Below, in pieces: positions 1 to 13,615 of a stretch of 64,000 nt of DNA. The position numbers and the translations under genes are program-made. How positions within the stretch are numbered: the stretch's first letter is position 1; each line of letters starts with the position of its first letter. This DNA comes from Felis catus (taxonomy: Eukaryota), in NCBI RefSeq assembly GCF_018350175.1, contig NC_058368.1, positions 191,272,001 through 191,336,000 of the forward strand. The letters run 5' to 3'. The notes under the pieces are model-generated. The model did not search any database, was not told where the DNA came from, and was given only the letters and a program-made list of their open reading frames with translations.

Positions 1-458
1 GCAGTCTTTTGTGAGAAACAAATTATGTTTCTTCAAGTTTGAGGAGTTGGGTAGGAGAGAAGGGCTGTTAAAAATTGGTAAGGCATACCTAAATACCTCT
101 GAGCAGTGGGTGAAAAATACCCCAGAAGGGTGTTTCAGCAGACTACACCAGCTCATTTTGGTTAGAAAGATGCAGTTTTCCCTTGGTGGACATTCAGTGA
201 GGAAAAGATCATGTCTAGCATTAAGCAGCTTTATTTAGCTGGCATCCTTGACAAAAGATATGAAACCAAGCAGTCTTGAAAATTGGCAACATTGGCCAAT
301 AAAAAGAAACTGGGTTAGCAATACCCTCTCAACCCCATTATGTTTGCTCCAATGACAGAAGGATCTTTGGGCTGTTTTGGCCACTGCCGTATTCCCTATA
401 CACAGAACAGTACCTTGCACAAAGTAGAAAGTCATTAATAATTACTAGGTGGGTCAGT

Positions 459-512
459 AGATGGATGGATGGATGGATGGATGGATGGACGGATGGACAG
501 AAGGATGGATGG
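459..512. repeat. (GATG)n microsatellite
   Basis: Tandem atgg units visible directly. Confidence 0.9.
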
Positions 513-870
513 AGATGTCTGTATGGATGCAAGGATGGCAAGATAAGAGTTCTAGTTCTAATCTCTGAATCTAGGAAAGCTATTTTACCTCCCTTGAACC
601 TTGCCCTTCTCATCTAATAAATGGGAGAATTCAAATATATGACTTTTATCTCTTCCAACAAAATTCAGAATTCTATGTCCCAAGGGATACAGGTTAATAA
701 TCCATTCATAGAATGAGTCTCAATGTCAGGACATATTTCTAGATGCCCATCTAGAGAAAAGAAGTTAAATAAATTATAGCATAAAAAAATAAATCATCGT
801 TAACATTGACATTATATTTATTGACAAGGAAATTGCTCGGGGTACTTTAATTTTTAAAAGTTACAACATA

Positions 871-1064
871 GGGGCGCCTGGGTGGCGCAGTCAGTTAAGC
901 GTCCGACTTCAGCCAGGTCACGATCTCACGGTCCATGGGTTCGAGCCCCGTATCAGGCTCTGGGCTGATGGCTCAGAGCCTGGAGCCTGTTTCCGATTCT
1001 GTGTCTCCCTCTCTCTCTGCCCCTCCCCCGTTCATGCTCTGTCTCTCTCTGTCCCAAAAAAAAA
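871..1064 (+). mobile_element. CAN-SINE, young felid SINEC_Fc type, short tail
   Basis: ggggcgcctgggtggcgcagtc head, ggttcgagccc B box, CT-rich segment; TSD aaaagttacaacatag on both sides. Confidence 0.97.
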
Positions 1065-1329
1065 GTTACAACATAGCATAAACATTGTAGTACACCCCAT
1101 ACATGTATAAATATGCAGGCTTAGAGAGAGATCTAAAAAGATATACAGTAACATGTTTGGCAATGCCTATCACTGGGTAGTGGATATACGGAAGAATTTA
1201 TTATTATTAACATTATTATTATCTGTATCAGCTAATTTTCCTCTATGACTATGGGCTGTCACATAATATAAATAGATATAATGACCCAGCATCTACTAGG
1301 CACCTAGCTCATCACTAATGAGGTACTAT

Positions 1330-1565
1330 AATGTGGGAGTTAGCACAGGGACTCTGGAATCAGATAGCCTGGTCTAAATCCTGGTTAAGCCCCTTAATTA
1401 CTGTGTGACCTAAGGTAAGTTACTCAACTTCTCTGAGGTTCAGTTTCCCACCGTATAAAACAAATAGTAATACCCAACTGATTGATTGCTGGTAAAGGTT
1501 AAAATAGGTAATCTATGCCAAGTGTCTGGTATACATCATACATTTGATAAATGTTAGTTATTATT
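1330..1565 (+). mobile_element. MIR SINE
   Basis: gactctggaatcaga...tgtgtgacctaaggtaagttactcaacttctctgaggttcagtttccc MIR core. Confidence 0.85.
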
Positions 1566-1594
1566 ATCATACCAAATACAAAGAGGTGGTTTTT

Positions 1595-1596
<2 letters not shown>

Positions 1597-1628
<32 letters not shown>
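1597..1628. repeat. (GT)n microsatellite
   Basis: Perfect dinucleotide run. Confidence 0.95.
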
Positions 1629-1631
<3 letters not shown>

Positions 1632-1949
1632 ATAAACCTGCCAAAATGATATAGTCATTTTCCTCAAGAGACTTTTAATTTGGTGAGAATAATAAGACTA
1701 ACACACAAGAAACAAAAAGAAAGCACCATAGTAACTTCCCAGAGTCAAGGATTTAGAACTAATGCCTTCTCTCTCCCTGAACCTCTCTCTCCAATGAGAT
1801 GCCTGAGACCCACCTGGTAGAAATCTCTTGCCCCATCTTCATACCTACTGACGCTCCTTCAGCCCATGTCTCTCTTTTGTCTGCTCATTATGTTAAGCTC
1901 CAAAGGGTCTCCTGGCCTCCTGTCTCTTCAAATTCCCATCTCTCTACAA

Positions 1950-2140
1950 CAGTGGTCCTCAAAAGGTGGTTCCTGGACTAGTAGGATCAGGATTACCCGA
2001 GCACTTGTTAGAAATGCAAATGCTTGTGCTCGCTCAAGAGCTAATGGATCAGAAACTCTAAGGATGGAGCGCTATAATCTGTGTTATAACAAGTCCTCCA
2101 AGGGGTCATGGGCACACTCAAGCTTGAGAACCTTTACTGT
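1950..2140 (+). mobile_element. MER5A-like hAT-Charlie DNA transposon relic
   Basis: cagtggtcctcaaa...cttgttagaaatgcaaat...aagcttgagaac. Confidence 0.8.
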
Positions 2141-2595
2141 CAGATCAGTCTTCCCAAAGCCTACATACATCTGACGTATATATGCTCTATGATTCTCTCT
2201 AGCTACTGAACAATGGTAATACATCCTCATATGCTGCTGCTCAGACTCTTCCCTCTACGGTCTAAGCTCAGTCTCTTTTGCCAGGTTCATCTACCGCTTC
2301 TACCACTCACAAAATGCTCTAGCAAAACCAACGCCCCTAATTCTCTCTGGACACGATTCGTGTTATGATTCTACTAATACGTTCCTATGCCTTTACTCCT
2401 ACTAATTCCCAAAAGTGTAATATAATTTCAACTTTCTTCCTATCTTAGATGTGCACACCCTGCTAAACCGCAAGGCCCAGGCCCACCCATGAAACTTCTC
2501 TCAATATACCACCAATACCCTATAGAAATGACTGCTTTCTCCTAAGAACACCCTAGTCCACGTTTCCCTCATGTCCTTCCTTGGTATCATCGTGG

Positions 2596-3010
2596 TGTAT
2601 TCGTTCCTTAGGGCTGCCATAACAAAAAACCACAGAGTGGCTCAAAGCCATACACCTTTACTCCCTCATAGGTCTGCAGACGAGAAGTCTGAAATCAAGG
2701 TGTCATCAGGGCTGGGTCTTTTCTCTTAGTATCTCATGTTGCCAGAAATTCTGGGTATTCCTTGGCTCACAGACAAATCACTCCAATCTTTGTCTCCATA
2801 GTTACGTGCCATTTCCTTAATGTTTCTGCATTTTATTCTCATTTTCTAAGAACACCAGTCATATTGGATTAGGGCCCACTCTAATCCAATATGACCTCAT
2901 CCCAACTTGATTACATTTGTAAAAGACCCTATTTACAAATAAAGCCACATTCGTTTATACTCCAAGGTTAGGACTTCAACCCATCTTTTAGAGAAACACA
3001 ATTCAACCCA
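2596..3010 (-). mobile_element. MaLR MLT1-family solo LTR
   Basis: tgtattcgttccttagggctgccataac end; gattagggcccactctaatccaatatgacctcatc; cacaattcaaccc. Confidence 0.85.
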
Positions 3011-4679
3011 TTGTCATTTACACATTTGACATATGGCCCCTAATCAATAGCAAGCTCCTTGCAGACAGGTACTGTAGTTCATTCCCATTTTCCCTTCCCT
3101 GTGCGTCTCTCCTAGCCGCCCACCCAATCCCCCTAGAGGACCTAATTGAGAGAAATAACTCCTTTGGCATACTGTAGTTTAATGAATGGAAAACTAAAAA
3201 CATGTGGCAGAATACAGCTAAGGGGTAGTTACATTAACTAGTAACTAAACAGTAACTTGTGTTATATGGTCTATCCAACTGTGCAGAATTGGGAGGTTGA
3301 AAGCAAGGTCTATGAGGGTGGCAGTGCTTAGATAAGGCTTCATGGAGGCAGAAGGGCTTTTTAATGAATGGACAAGATATAGGGAGAGAGAGAAAACAGA
3401 GTGTAACTTTCCACGTAGAGAAACAGTATGAACAAAAGACTGTGGAAATTTAATTAAAAAAAAAAATTCTGTGTTAGTAGAACCAGAGCCCTAGCAAGTG
3501 GGTCTGGAACGGAAGGAGGAGGATGGGCAGAAATGGGAAACAACCCATCGCTTGTTCTTCTTGTTAGTTCAATGATCATTGTTTGTTCTCTTCTCTATTT
3601 TTCCTACTTGTTTATTATTCCCTAGCTGGCTTCTAAATTCATGTCTGAGAGAAGATAATTGAGTTGGCAGCTTAATGTGCCCATGGAACCCTGGACTTCA
3701 TTCTCCTGACACTAATCATCTTCCTGTGCTAGAGGGCAAGCTACAGAGTAGGATGAGGACCACATCTGCTTTGGTGACTATAGTATCTTCAATACTCACC
3801 ATGCAGAACAGTCTCAGTAAATACATCTTGAATGGACGACTGAATGACATAGGGCAATTATAACAATATACATATGTATGCACGTATGTGGGTATGCATG
3901 TATGTGTATATAGGTGCATTTATCAGTGGCTATTACAGTCCATGAACTCTAGCTTCCTGGTCACTGGAAAACAATCATTCAATTGACACCTTGGGTTCCT
4001 AAATAGTGTGAATTGCTTATTTAACTCGAGTTTTTCCCCTGCATAGTCCCCAATCTTGTTTATATTCATTCATTAAACAGGGCTTTAGCTTATATCTGTT
4101 TTGTATCTATTTTAACACAGTACTTTGCTTAACCAACATCAGATATACCAGACAAGGCTTATGCAGAATCTGCTTGTGTTCAAATTCAAAGCAGATGATG
4201 AGGTTGAAAATGGTGGCCTCAATAAATTAATTCTTTAATTGTGGTATAAAAAAAGGTCAGAACAGCCTAAAAGCTATACAGAAAATGTGTGATTTTTTTC
4301 ATAGCTTTCCTTCCAACTCCCTCCAGTGCACACATAGCAAAGCCAATGAAACAAGCAGCGTATACAGCGTGCACTTTTGCACGGAGGGGCATGTCCTCGC
4401 AATGGGGAGCATTAACACTGACAGGTTTTCTTTGACAAGCAACAGTAGGTTTGGGACAGCATCATGCTTTATTCTCTTCCTTGTGAAGGATGATTATTAA
4501 ATTTTTATCTTGTAATTCAAATGAAATACTAAATCTCTTTCAAGGAAAAAAAATCTCCATAACTTTCTCAGATCTCACAATGTGTGGTACATACATCTTA
4601 ATGACTCATCTCATACCCGCGCCTTCGTTATGTACAGAGGCTTAAGAAAGTATAGAACCTCACCGTCATTATCATCGTA

Positions 4680-4925
4680 GCAAATATTTGTTAAGCAATT
4701 CTTATATTCTAAGTAGAGCTTTTAGTACTCATTAAGGCAAAGCGCCACGTTCTCTAATTTAAACATCACAATGATGCTGTGAGCTAAAAATTGTGATTAT
4801 TATCATTTCACACATGAAAAAAATTGAGATATCAGAAGAAAAATAACTTGCCCAAGGTCACACAGTTAGTAATTTGAAGAGTCAGATTATAATTCAGTTC
4901 TGGCTCACTCTAGAATGTATGTGCA
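4680..4925 (-). mobile_element. MIR SINE
   Basis: taacttgcccaaggtcacacagttagt core. Confidence 0.8.
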
Positions 4926-5202
4926 ATTTACTCAGTCATGTTGCATTCATTTTTTTAACAGAAAAAGGTAAGCCATAAAAAAAAGCAACTGATCTTAGAA
5001 ACAAACTCATCACAGAGCAATGTTCAAGGACTATTTCTGGGGTGAGTGCACACTCCACCCCATCGTTCATACTGCCATCATGGCCATCAACAACAGTCAC
5101 TGAACCCAGAAATTATACCAGACTCAGAAGAAACTAAAGTAAAACTACCCATTGTCTTTCTAGACAAGTTCACCTGTCATCAAAAAAAGATACTTATATA
5201 TG

Positions 5203-5230
5203 GTGTGTGTGTGTGTGTGTGTGTGTGTGT
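5203..5230. repeat. (GT)n microsatellite
   Basis: Perfect dinucleotide run. Confidence 0.95.
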
Positions 5231-5989
5231 ATCTACATAGATACAGATACACACACACGTGTTCCAGCAATACAACTATTTCTTTTCATCTGCATTCTGA
5301 AGTGACTGATATTGACCAAAAAAAGTAGCAGAGTCTTTGCCCTTGTGTGTTCATTCATTCATTTATTAATTTTTAAAATATATATTCAGCATATTGAGCA
5401 CCAACCACGAGTGAAGTTTTACAGGGAATGCATAGCTATTTGAAATGTGATCACTCCCATCTAAGAAGAAGCTGAAATAACTGTAATCATGATATTTGCT
5501 ATTTAACTGTCATCAAATTCTAGTAAAATGGGGATCAGTGTCAGATCCATAAAAGCTGTGAAGCAGGAGCCATACTCTTACTGGCAACTTTCCATTTCAT
5601 CTGATCTAAAGTGGACAGGTCTTTAGAGAGCCTTTCCATTTATTCCAAACTCATTCTTAAATCCTTTCTTCACATCAAGGTGTTAAAACTGAATTCTCTT
5701 AAAGTATCTCCCTTTCAGAAAACTTGGTGTCCAACTTGGATTTGAATACTTAAAATAGATAATGTACCAGCCGGGGAATTTGAAACATCACATGAGAATG
5801 AATAAGGATCATTTTTGATGGGAAGGGCCAAAATCTTTTCTGATATTCCTAAAATTGCACTGCATTTGCGGACCTGCTTGAAATACAAAAAGGATGTCAC
5901 CAAAATGCCTTTCTTCATTTAAGGGAAAAAAAATCCCACTGGTTGACAGCAGATAAAATCAGGTATATGTGGATTGTGGATTAAGCTAC

Positions 5990-6205
5990 TGGTCTGCAAA
6001 CGATGACCCAGGAGCCAAATCCAGCCTGCTATTTGATTTTATAAATAAAGTTTTATTGGTAGCCTCACCTCTGCATTTATGAATTATTTATCACTGTTTT
6101 TGCACTACAGTGACAGAGCTGAGTCAGGGCCATGTGGCAGGCAAAATCTAAAATATTTACTATCTGGCCTAAAAAAAAAAAAAAAAAAAAAGTTTGCCAA
6201 ATTCT
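5990..6205 (+). mobile_element. MER58A-like DNA transposon relic
   Basis: gccaaatccagcc...aataaagttttattgg...aaaatatttactatctggcc...aaagtttgcc. Confidence 0.75.
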
Positions 6206-6499
6206 GGTCTAAACCATCAGTCAGATTCTTCCCGAAGAGCCATATACCACTATGCATGGGCCCTCTTGCAACTGTCCCTTCAGGCAGGTTACCATGGGAA
6301 CTCCAACAGAATCCAGGTATTAGGGAAGACAAGGCCGTATGATTCTTGGAATTAGTTGTGATGTAGGCCTGATACCACCGAGACGCCTACGATTGAAGTT
6401 AACTGATTTCACGTAGGTCTTTCTCAGAAGTCATTCTTGTCTCAGAAGTCCCTGAACAGCTAAGGCTCAAAAACCCTTTCATATGAAGGAACACATTTG

Positions 6500-6722
6500 C
6501 CGGGCAGCCGGGTGGCTCAGTTGGTTGAGCATCAGGCTTTGGCTCAGGTCATGATCTCATGGTTCATGAGTTCGAGCCCCACATTGGGCTCTGTGCTGAC
6601 AGCTCAGAGCCTGGAGCCTGCTTTGGATTCTGTGTCTCCTTCTCTCTCTGCCCCTCCCCCACTCATTGTCTTTCTCTCTCTCTCTCTCTCTCAAAAATAA
6701 ATATTTAAAAACATTTTTAAAA
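6500..6722 (+). mobile_element. CAN-SINE
   Basis: gggtggctcagttggttgag, gagttcgagccc, (CT)n, A-rich tail. Confidence 0.95.
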
Positions 6723-7889
6723 AAGAATAATTTGCATAATTTAAAGTGTATGGTTTCACATAATAATAAGTTTAAATTCAGGCCTTGCTACCTCTAAGAT
6801 TTCTGGCTCCTCCTTGTCCTTGGAGTTCAGACTACATATTGCACCCCTATATTCCATCAGGCTGGTTTGGGGAATCCATACATCCCTTTTACCCAGAATA
6901 CTCATCTCAAGTTATTTTATACACTTGTGATTATTTGATTAACATTTGTCTCTAATAAACTGTAACCTTTATGAGAATTACCACTAGTATGTCTATTTCT
7001 GTCTCCCTGACATATTCCTAGAGTTTACTATAGTATGGGGGCACAGAGTATATCTTCAAGAAGTATCTGTTGACTGATGCTTATTATCTATCTAGTAGTA
7101 AGTATTCACTGTTGCTTTTCCCACACAATACTAGGCTGCATACTTCTTTGACCCCTCCTCAGAGCCCAGCAATAGAACTTCCATTTATCAGGAATTCAGC
7201 AACTGTTTCTTGTAGGAATTGAAAGCCAACCAAATTTGATCTAACAACAGCTGACTAGAGCCACTGTCTGTGCTACTTACTTTATAGATGATGATGTCAT
7301 TTAGCAGTTCAAAGAAACTTGGTGGCAGCTGTTATTTCACATGAGTGATAATATTTTCATCTCCTACCCTTCTAAAATAAAGGGCCAGTGGGCTGTTAAA
7401 ACAACATGAACAAAACTACCAGTAGACTGGCAAGTCTTTCCTCGTCACCCAGTAATCACTTCTGCTATATTCCAACAGTCTGTTCGCTTTGCCTTTCTAG
7501 CATGTGCTCTTTGCAGATATTGAGATCAGGCTATGAATTGTAGTGGCAAGTAGCACACTTAGAGCAATTTCCATGAAAATAAAGGTTTACAAGGAAGACA
7601 GCCACCAGGCGATGAGGAGAATTGATGCTTATAGCAGCAGTGACAAAGGAGATGTATAAATTACCTATTGCGATATTGATCAAAGTATGTTCCATGGAAT
7701 AGTAGTGTTGCAAGGTGCTCCTTGAAGGAAGAGTTCTACGTACAAATGAATTTGGGAAAAACTGCAAAAAATTAACCCATCTTGAAGATGGGTAAAGCAT
7801 GTTACCACTTCAAACCTCCAAAAAAGGAAAAAAAAATGGAAAACTTCCCTGCAGTTATGAAAATATGATACAATTTGACTCAGAGTAGT

Positions 7890-8280
7890 AGAGATTGCTA
7901 GCCTTCTTTCACATCTGGGTTATCCTACCGTTACTGGACAAAGAAAGATTCTCAGCCCCTTGCCATTAGGCAATGCCCTAGGACTAGTTCCAACCAATGA
8001 AATGTGCCTGGGTGTGACTTCCAGGGGAGGCAGGGAAAAGTTCCTGGGTCATCTTCCAGCTTTCTCAATTCTTATGAGGAGATCGTGAATACCATGCTAT
8101 GATAATGCCAGAACCATGTGAGAGGGGTGCCATGGACCTCTAAGTCAACACATAAAAGCTAACTTCCCCAGAAAGTTCTCCAGGTACGTAGGACTTTTCA
8201 AAAGCAAGAAAGAAATATTTTCCAAGTTTAGCCACTGATATTTGAGGACTAACTTGTTACCACTGCATGGTCTATCCTAG
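7890..8280 (+). mobile_element. Old MaLR (MLT1-like) LTR
   Basis: gactagttccaaccaatgaaatgtg...gtttagccactgatatttgagg...ttgttacc. Confidence 0.55.
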
Positions 8281-9085
8281 CATTTTTTTCTAAATTCATT
8301 TGAGCATAGAGTTCCTTGTTCTCATAAAAATAATAAATATCATACAGAAAACTTTTTACAGGGAAACACTTGGGGGATCACTATGCCATCTAAAATAGTT
8401 TTCCCAGGAACCCTGGCTGCAGCATTTTGAGATTCTGTAAACAAATAAATATACCTGAATCTGCAAGAAAGACAGAGGGAGAATCCAGAGAGCCAATTCA
8501 AAAGTGGAAGACAGGTACTAAAAATCACAGTTCTCTGTGCTTCTTTCTCCTCTACTAACTCTCTCAATGTTATAGCCCAAATATCTCTTCCTTCAATAAA
8601 TCACTTAGCAAACATTTACTGAATGTATCCTGAGGGCACCAAATAGCATGAGATGTGGTTTGTGATTTACACTCTACCTCCTTCTACCCTGATTACTCAC
8701 CCTGGTGGGCTATCTTCTCTACAAGGCTTGCATTGTCTGTCTCTGTCTCTTGACATTTAGTTCAAACGACCCTTTATTGATAGCTATCCATTCACTTCTG
8801 CAGAGAAAAGGCTGGAAATGTCTAGGTTTCCTACACTTCCCAATACTCAGGTTGCCATGCTTGTAACCGATAATCCCTGGCATTGGCCACAGCTGATGGA
8901 ATCATGATCACTGGGGAAGCCAAAGGTAGCAGCAACAAACCACAGAAGATTTGTCCCAAAAAGCCTTCCTATAGGAATATTCTAAACTGGATTCCAACCA
9001 GAAAGTTAGCTAGACCTTCTCTCTGGAGAGGCTTCAAAGTCAGAAGGGTAGCCCAATAAGCGGTATCAATAGAAGAAACAATTGT

Positions 9086-9312
9086 GGGGCACCTGGGTGG
9101 CTCAGTCGTTTAAGCGTCAGACTCTTGATTTCGGCTCTGGTCATGATCTCACAGTTGTGAGATCGAGCCCTGCGTCAGTCTTGATGCTGAACATGGAGCC
9201 TGTTTGGGATTCTCTATTTCCCTCTCTCTCTACCCCTCCCCTACTCATATGTATGCTCACACTCTCACCCTCTCTCTCTCTCATAATAAATAAATAAGTA
9301 AATATTTAAAAA
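9086..9312 (+). mobile_element. CAN-SINE, older subtype
   Basis: Head with ctcttgatttcggctc; approximate TSD aagaa(a/c)caattgt. Confidence 0.95.
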
Positions 9313-9778
9313 GAAGAAGAAGAACCAATTGTGATCAGAGTGGAAGCTGAGATGAAGAAAGAAGACGTGAGAATGGCAAAGCCTATTGCAATGTTAGCCT
9401 TGTTAGAGAGCTAAAGACACACAGGGTCAATAAGGCTATCGTGCATCCTGAATGGTGGTCCAGGTCTCCATGGCCCCTTACTGGGCAGCTCTGACAGCTG
9501 CCTGAATGTTCTCACACTTCCTCTATGTAACTCGGCCTATCTCAATCCCTGAAGGAACTTAGCGAATACTACTCAAACTCATATTCCACATTGCTTGAGA
9601 ACAGTGACCGGGTGCTCATGTATTTTATTACATCCTCCATAGTGCTAACCATTGAGTCTGGGACCTAGAAGATGCACAACTTATTAATTTCTGTAATATT
9701 TAATGAGATACCTACTCATACCTCAGCTGCAGGCAGCATTTAACAAGGCAGAAAAGTTCTTGGCCTCTTGGAGCTCAT

Positions 9779-9811
9779 ATTCTAATTCTAATTCTAATTC
9801 TAATTCTAATT
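9779..9811. repeat. (ATTCTA)n hexanucleotide repeat
   Basis: About five perfect units. Confidence 0.85.
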
Positions 9812-9971
9812 ATAATACTTTAATTTTAATTTTAACTTTATTTTTAATGGTTGATTGGATGACAAGAATAGTAAGTATAATTCTTGGCAACATAGGGACA
9901 CTACGTTAACATGGAAGCCAAGACCTAAAACAACTAAAGGACCATTTGTGTCCTGTGGAATCAAAATTACT

Positions 9972-10526
9972 TATCAGATAAAGGGTTAATATCCAAAATC
10001 TATAAAGAACTTGTCAAACTCAACATACAAAAGCAAATAATCCAGTGAAGAAATGGGCAGAAGACATCAATAGACACTTTTCCAAAGAAGACATCCAGAT
10101 GGCCAACAGGCACATGAAAAGATGCTCAACATCACTCATCATCAGGGAAATACAATTCAAACCCACAATGAGATACCACCTCACACCTGTCAGAATGGCT
10201 CACATTAACAACTCAGGCAACAACAGATGTTGATGAGGATGCGGAGAAAGAGGATCTCTTTTGCACTGCTGGTGGGAATGCAAGCTGGTCAGCCACTCTG
10301 GAAAACAGTATGGAGGTTCCTCAAAAAATTACAAATAGAACTACCCTATGACCCAGCATGTGCACTACTGACTATTTATCCAAAGGATATAAAAATGCTG
10401 ATTTGAAGGGGGCACAAGCACCCCAATGTTTATAACAGCCCTATATATAAATTGTAACAGCCCTATAGCCAAATTATGGAAAGAACCCAAATATCCATTG
10501 ACTGATGAATGGATACAGAAGATGTG

Positions 10527-10569
<43 letters not shown>

Positions 10570-10985
10570 TATTACTTGGTGATGAAAAAGATGAAATCTT
10601 ACCATTTACAACAATGTGGATGGGACTAGAGTGTATTACGCTAAGAGAATAAGTCAGTCAGAGAAAGACAAATACCATATGACTTCACTCATATATGGAA
10701 TTTAAGAAATAAAACAGATGAACATAGGGGAAGGGAAGGAAAATAAGACAAAAACAGAGAGAGAGGCAAACCATAAGAGTCTCTTAAATACAGGGAACAA
10801 ACCGGGGGTTGCTAGAGGGGTGGTGGGTGGGGATATGGGCTAAATGGGCAATGGGCATTAAGGAGGACACTCGTTGGGATGAGCACTGGGTGGGGGGGTG
10901 TATGTAAGAGATGAGTCACTGGGTTCTACTCCTGAAAGCAGTACTACACTGTTAACTAACTTGAACTTAAATAAATTTTTAAAAA
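9972..10985 (+). mobile_element. 5'-truncated carnivore LINE-1 (ORF2 C-terminus plus 3' UTR), degenerate
   Basis: Translation [34 protein letters not shown] matches L1 ORF2p; stops; internal (TA)n; G-rich 3' UTR. Confidence 0.95.
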
Positions 10986-11004
10986 TCCTCCTTATTTAAT
11001 AACT

Positions 11005-11250
11005 GCCACTTCATGAGCTTCTCCTGTGTGCCAGGCACACTACTGCTTGCTTACAGATGCTATCTAATTCAGTCCTTCCAAGAACCCCATGATAGAGATG
11101 TCATCATTCCTAACTCACCCATGAGGAAGTAGAGGCTCAGAGAGTCTAAGTAACCTGCCCAAAGCCTCGCAGTGTGTGGGCACGGAGTCCCAATTCAAAT
11201 TTCGTTTTTCCCTGGCTCTTTCTAAGTCTATGCTCATCCCACTGTTCTAC
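11005..11250 (-). mobile_element. MIR SINE
   Basis: atgaggaagtagaggctcagagagtctaagtaacctgcccaaag. Confidence 0.8.
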
Positions 11251-12034
11251 ACTTAGGGAAAAAAATAAAAACAGGATGAGCTTTTTAGCCAAGGAACAAA
11301 GAAGTGACAGCTGAGGTGGCAGGGTACATTGTTGTACTATCTTTTTGCGGGGTGATTCATAGTAATCTGACAGCAGAAGATTATTTTCCAGAGTGAGTTT
11401 CTCATATAGCAAGGGAAGAAAAGTAATTACTATCTGATTCTACTTCTATCTTTTTATTTTGGCATGACCGGAAATAAAAAAAGACGGTAGAAAAAACCTG
11501 GCAAGATTATTATAGCATTACAGTATTATGTTCTAAAACAGTTAAAACATTTGCTGGAAGGTAATGTTATTCCACTGATTTCTTCCAATAGGAATAACTA
11601 TGTTCAAACGTTTCCACACAAAAAAATTCCCTACATTCCGTCCCTCAAACAAATTTCTATCCATTATTGGGAAAGTATAAGAAATCTATGTAAGCCCTTG
11701 TTCTTTAATTGAAATTATAAAATGTGTCATGTTTACATGCTCTCATAATATTGCATTGCAAAAAATTAGGCACTAAAAATGCTGGAGTTCTTATTTCTTC
11801 AAAGGAGAAAATACATACTATCCTATTTTAGAGGTCACAGTTGGCCATTTCCAAAAATGCTATTGCATGATAGTTATATGTTTTAAGAATAACAATTAAT
11901 AACCAGGATATAATTTCATGTTTCTACTGTCTTCAAGGTGAGCTTGTTTTAGGACTTCAAACCTCTGAGGTATTTTAGACGCTGCTAAAATCACTACACA
12001 ACAACAAAGATAAAACATCATGAACAATTTACTC

Positions 12035-12605
12035 AGCACTAAAATTCAGGAAGTATTTGGCAAAAATAAAAAGGCAAGAAGTACTGATACAAGCTATATC
12101 ATGGCTAGATCTTGAAAACATCACGCTACGTGAAAGAAGCCAGAAATAAAGGTCACATGCTGTATGATTCCATGTATATGAAATGTCCAACAGAGGCAAA
12201 TCCATAGAGGAAGAAAGTATATCAGGGGTTGCAAGGGGATGGGGGAGTGAGTACGTGGAAATAGGGGATGATGAGTACTGGGTTTCTTGGGGAGTAATAA
12301 AAATATTCTGGAATTCACTGAGGTGATGGTTGCACAACTCTGCAAACCGTGGATTACATAATTTTAAAGTTGATTTATTTATTTTGAGAGAATGGGGGGC
12401 AGAGAGAGAGAGAGAGAATCCCAAGCAGGCACCACACTGTCAGTGCAGAGCCCAACGAAGGGCTCAAACTCACAAAACCGCAAGGTGGTGACCTGAGCCA
12501 AAACCAAGAGTCGGATGCTTAACGGACTGAGCCACCCAGGCATGCCTGAATTGTACATTGTAAATAAAGTAAACTACATGGTATGTGAATTAGGGGTCAA
12601 AAAAG
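12035..12605 (+). mobile_element. Old L1M-type 3' end interrupted by a SINE
   Basis: gtgaaagaagccag...tgtatgattccatgtatatgaaatgtcc...gatggttgcacaactc. Confidence 0.8.
12365..12546 (-). mobile_element. CAN-SINE
   Basis: Reverse head actgagccacccagg; (GA)n; tttatttattttgag. Confidence 0.93.
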
Positions 12606-13434
12606 CTACCCTGTGAAGAATCATTACCAGCAGTGCCCAAAGGCAGCCTCTCCTTGAACTGCTCTTCTCGTTCTTAGCACTGAGATCACACGGCTTCCTC
12701 TGGCTCCTGAGACCAGACGTGCCAGGACCCCACACCAGGCCTTTGAACCTGCTGTTCATGCCGCCGCCAATGTCCAGCCTCCCCCTTCCACCTCTGCTGC
12801 TACCTCTAACCCACCACATGTCAGCCCGACCTGGTTAACTCTCACTCTCGTCAGATTGCCCCTCTCGTGTGGCCAAAGGAAGCCTCCCCTGACCCTCCAG
12901 AATAATCTCTGAAAATCACACATGATCCCCTTATACATCCACACATTTGTTTAAACTTTGAATTTTTTCAGGGGTTTCGAATCCTGCTTGTCCCTCTAGC
13001 TGGTAGCACAACAGCGGGCATACAGTACAAGCTTGATACAAATTTTAGAAATGAACGAATTTTTGGTCAAACTTTTTTTTTTAACCACAAAAGGCTTCCT
13101 TTTCCTTGTCTGTTTTTCTAGCAAAGAAATATAGTTAGAATTTCTCTTAAAAACTTGCAAATAAACTGTCGATACAGGGAAGTACGAATGGAACCAAGGC
13201 TACTAACCAAACACAAAACAGATTTTTTTTTTTTAAGTGATTTCTTCCAGAAGATAAATGCCCTCAAGGAAAACACCCAATAGAATTGCTAGAACAATTT
13301 GTGGCCTAAGGAAGAAACCCTTTTTCTTTATGTAAACAACTTTTGTTTTCTTTTCTGGGCAAGTCTGCCTTTTGCTTTGTTCCAGGCATAACCACTGAGC
13401 AAATATCTCAGAGGTTCAGCTGCCTGTGGGAGTG

Positions 13435-13612
13435 CACGGTGGTTAGGAGTCGGCTTGAAAGCAGCCTCCTAAATGGAGTGCAAATACAACCTTCTTTTGC
13501 AAGTTACTTGACTTTAGCTTCAGTTTCCTCATCTGTGGAATTAAAATAACAATACCCAGCACCAGAGGGTTGATCTGAGGACTAAATGGCATATATCTAT
13601 AAAGCACTCTGC
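13435..13612 (+). mobile_element. MIR SINE
   Basis: cagtttcctcatctgtggaattaaaataacaatacc. Confidence 0.75.
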
Positions 13613-13615
13613 CTA

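Noticed and set aside
7517..7684. + strand exon candidate (ctctttgcag| to AAA|gtatgt) and the overlapping 89-aa minus ORF
   Set aside because: Stops in all three + frames, no recognisable protein and no supporting partner exons
8448..8490. Minus-strand 6-nt microexon-like cttgcag|ATTCAG|gtatat
   Set aside because: Weak donor; it shows such patterns arise by chance
11915..11945. Recursive-splice-like tttctactgtcttcaag|gtgagc
   Set aside because: Uncommon AAG acceptor and no known host intron
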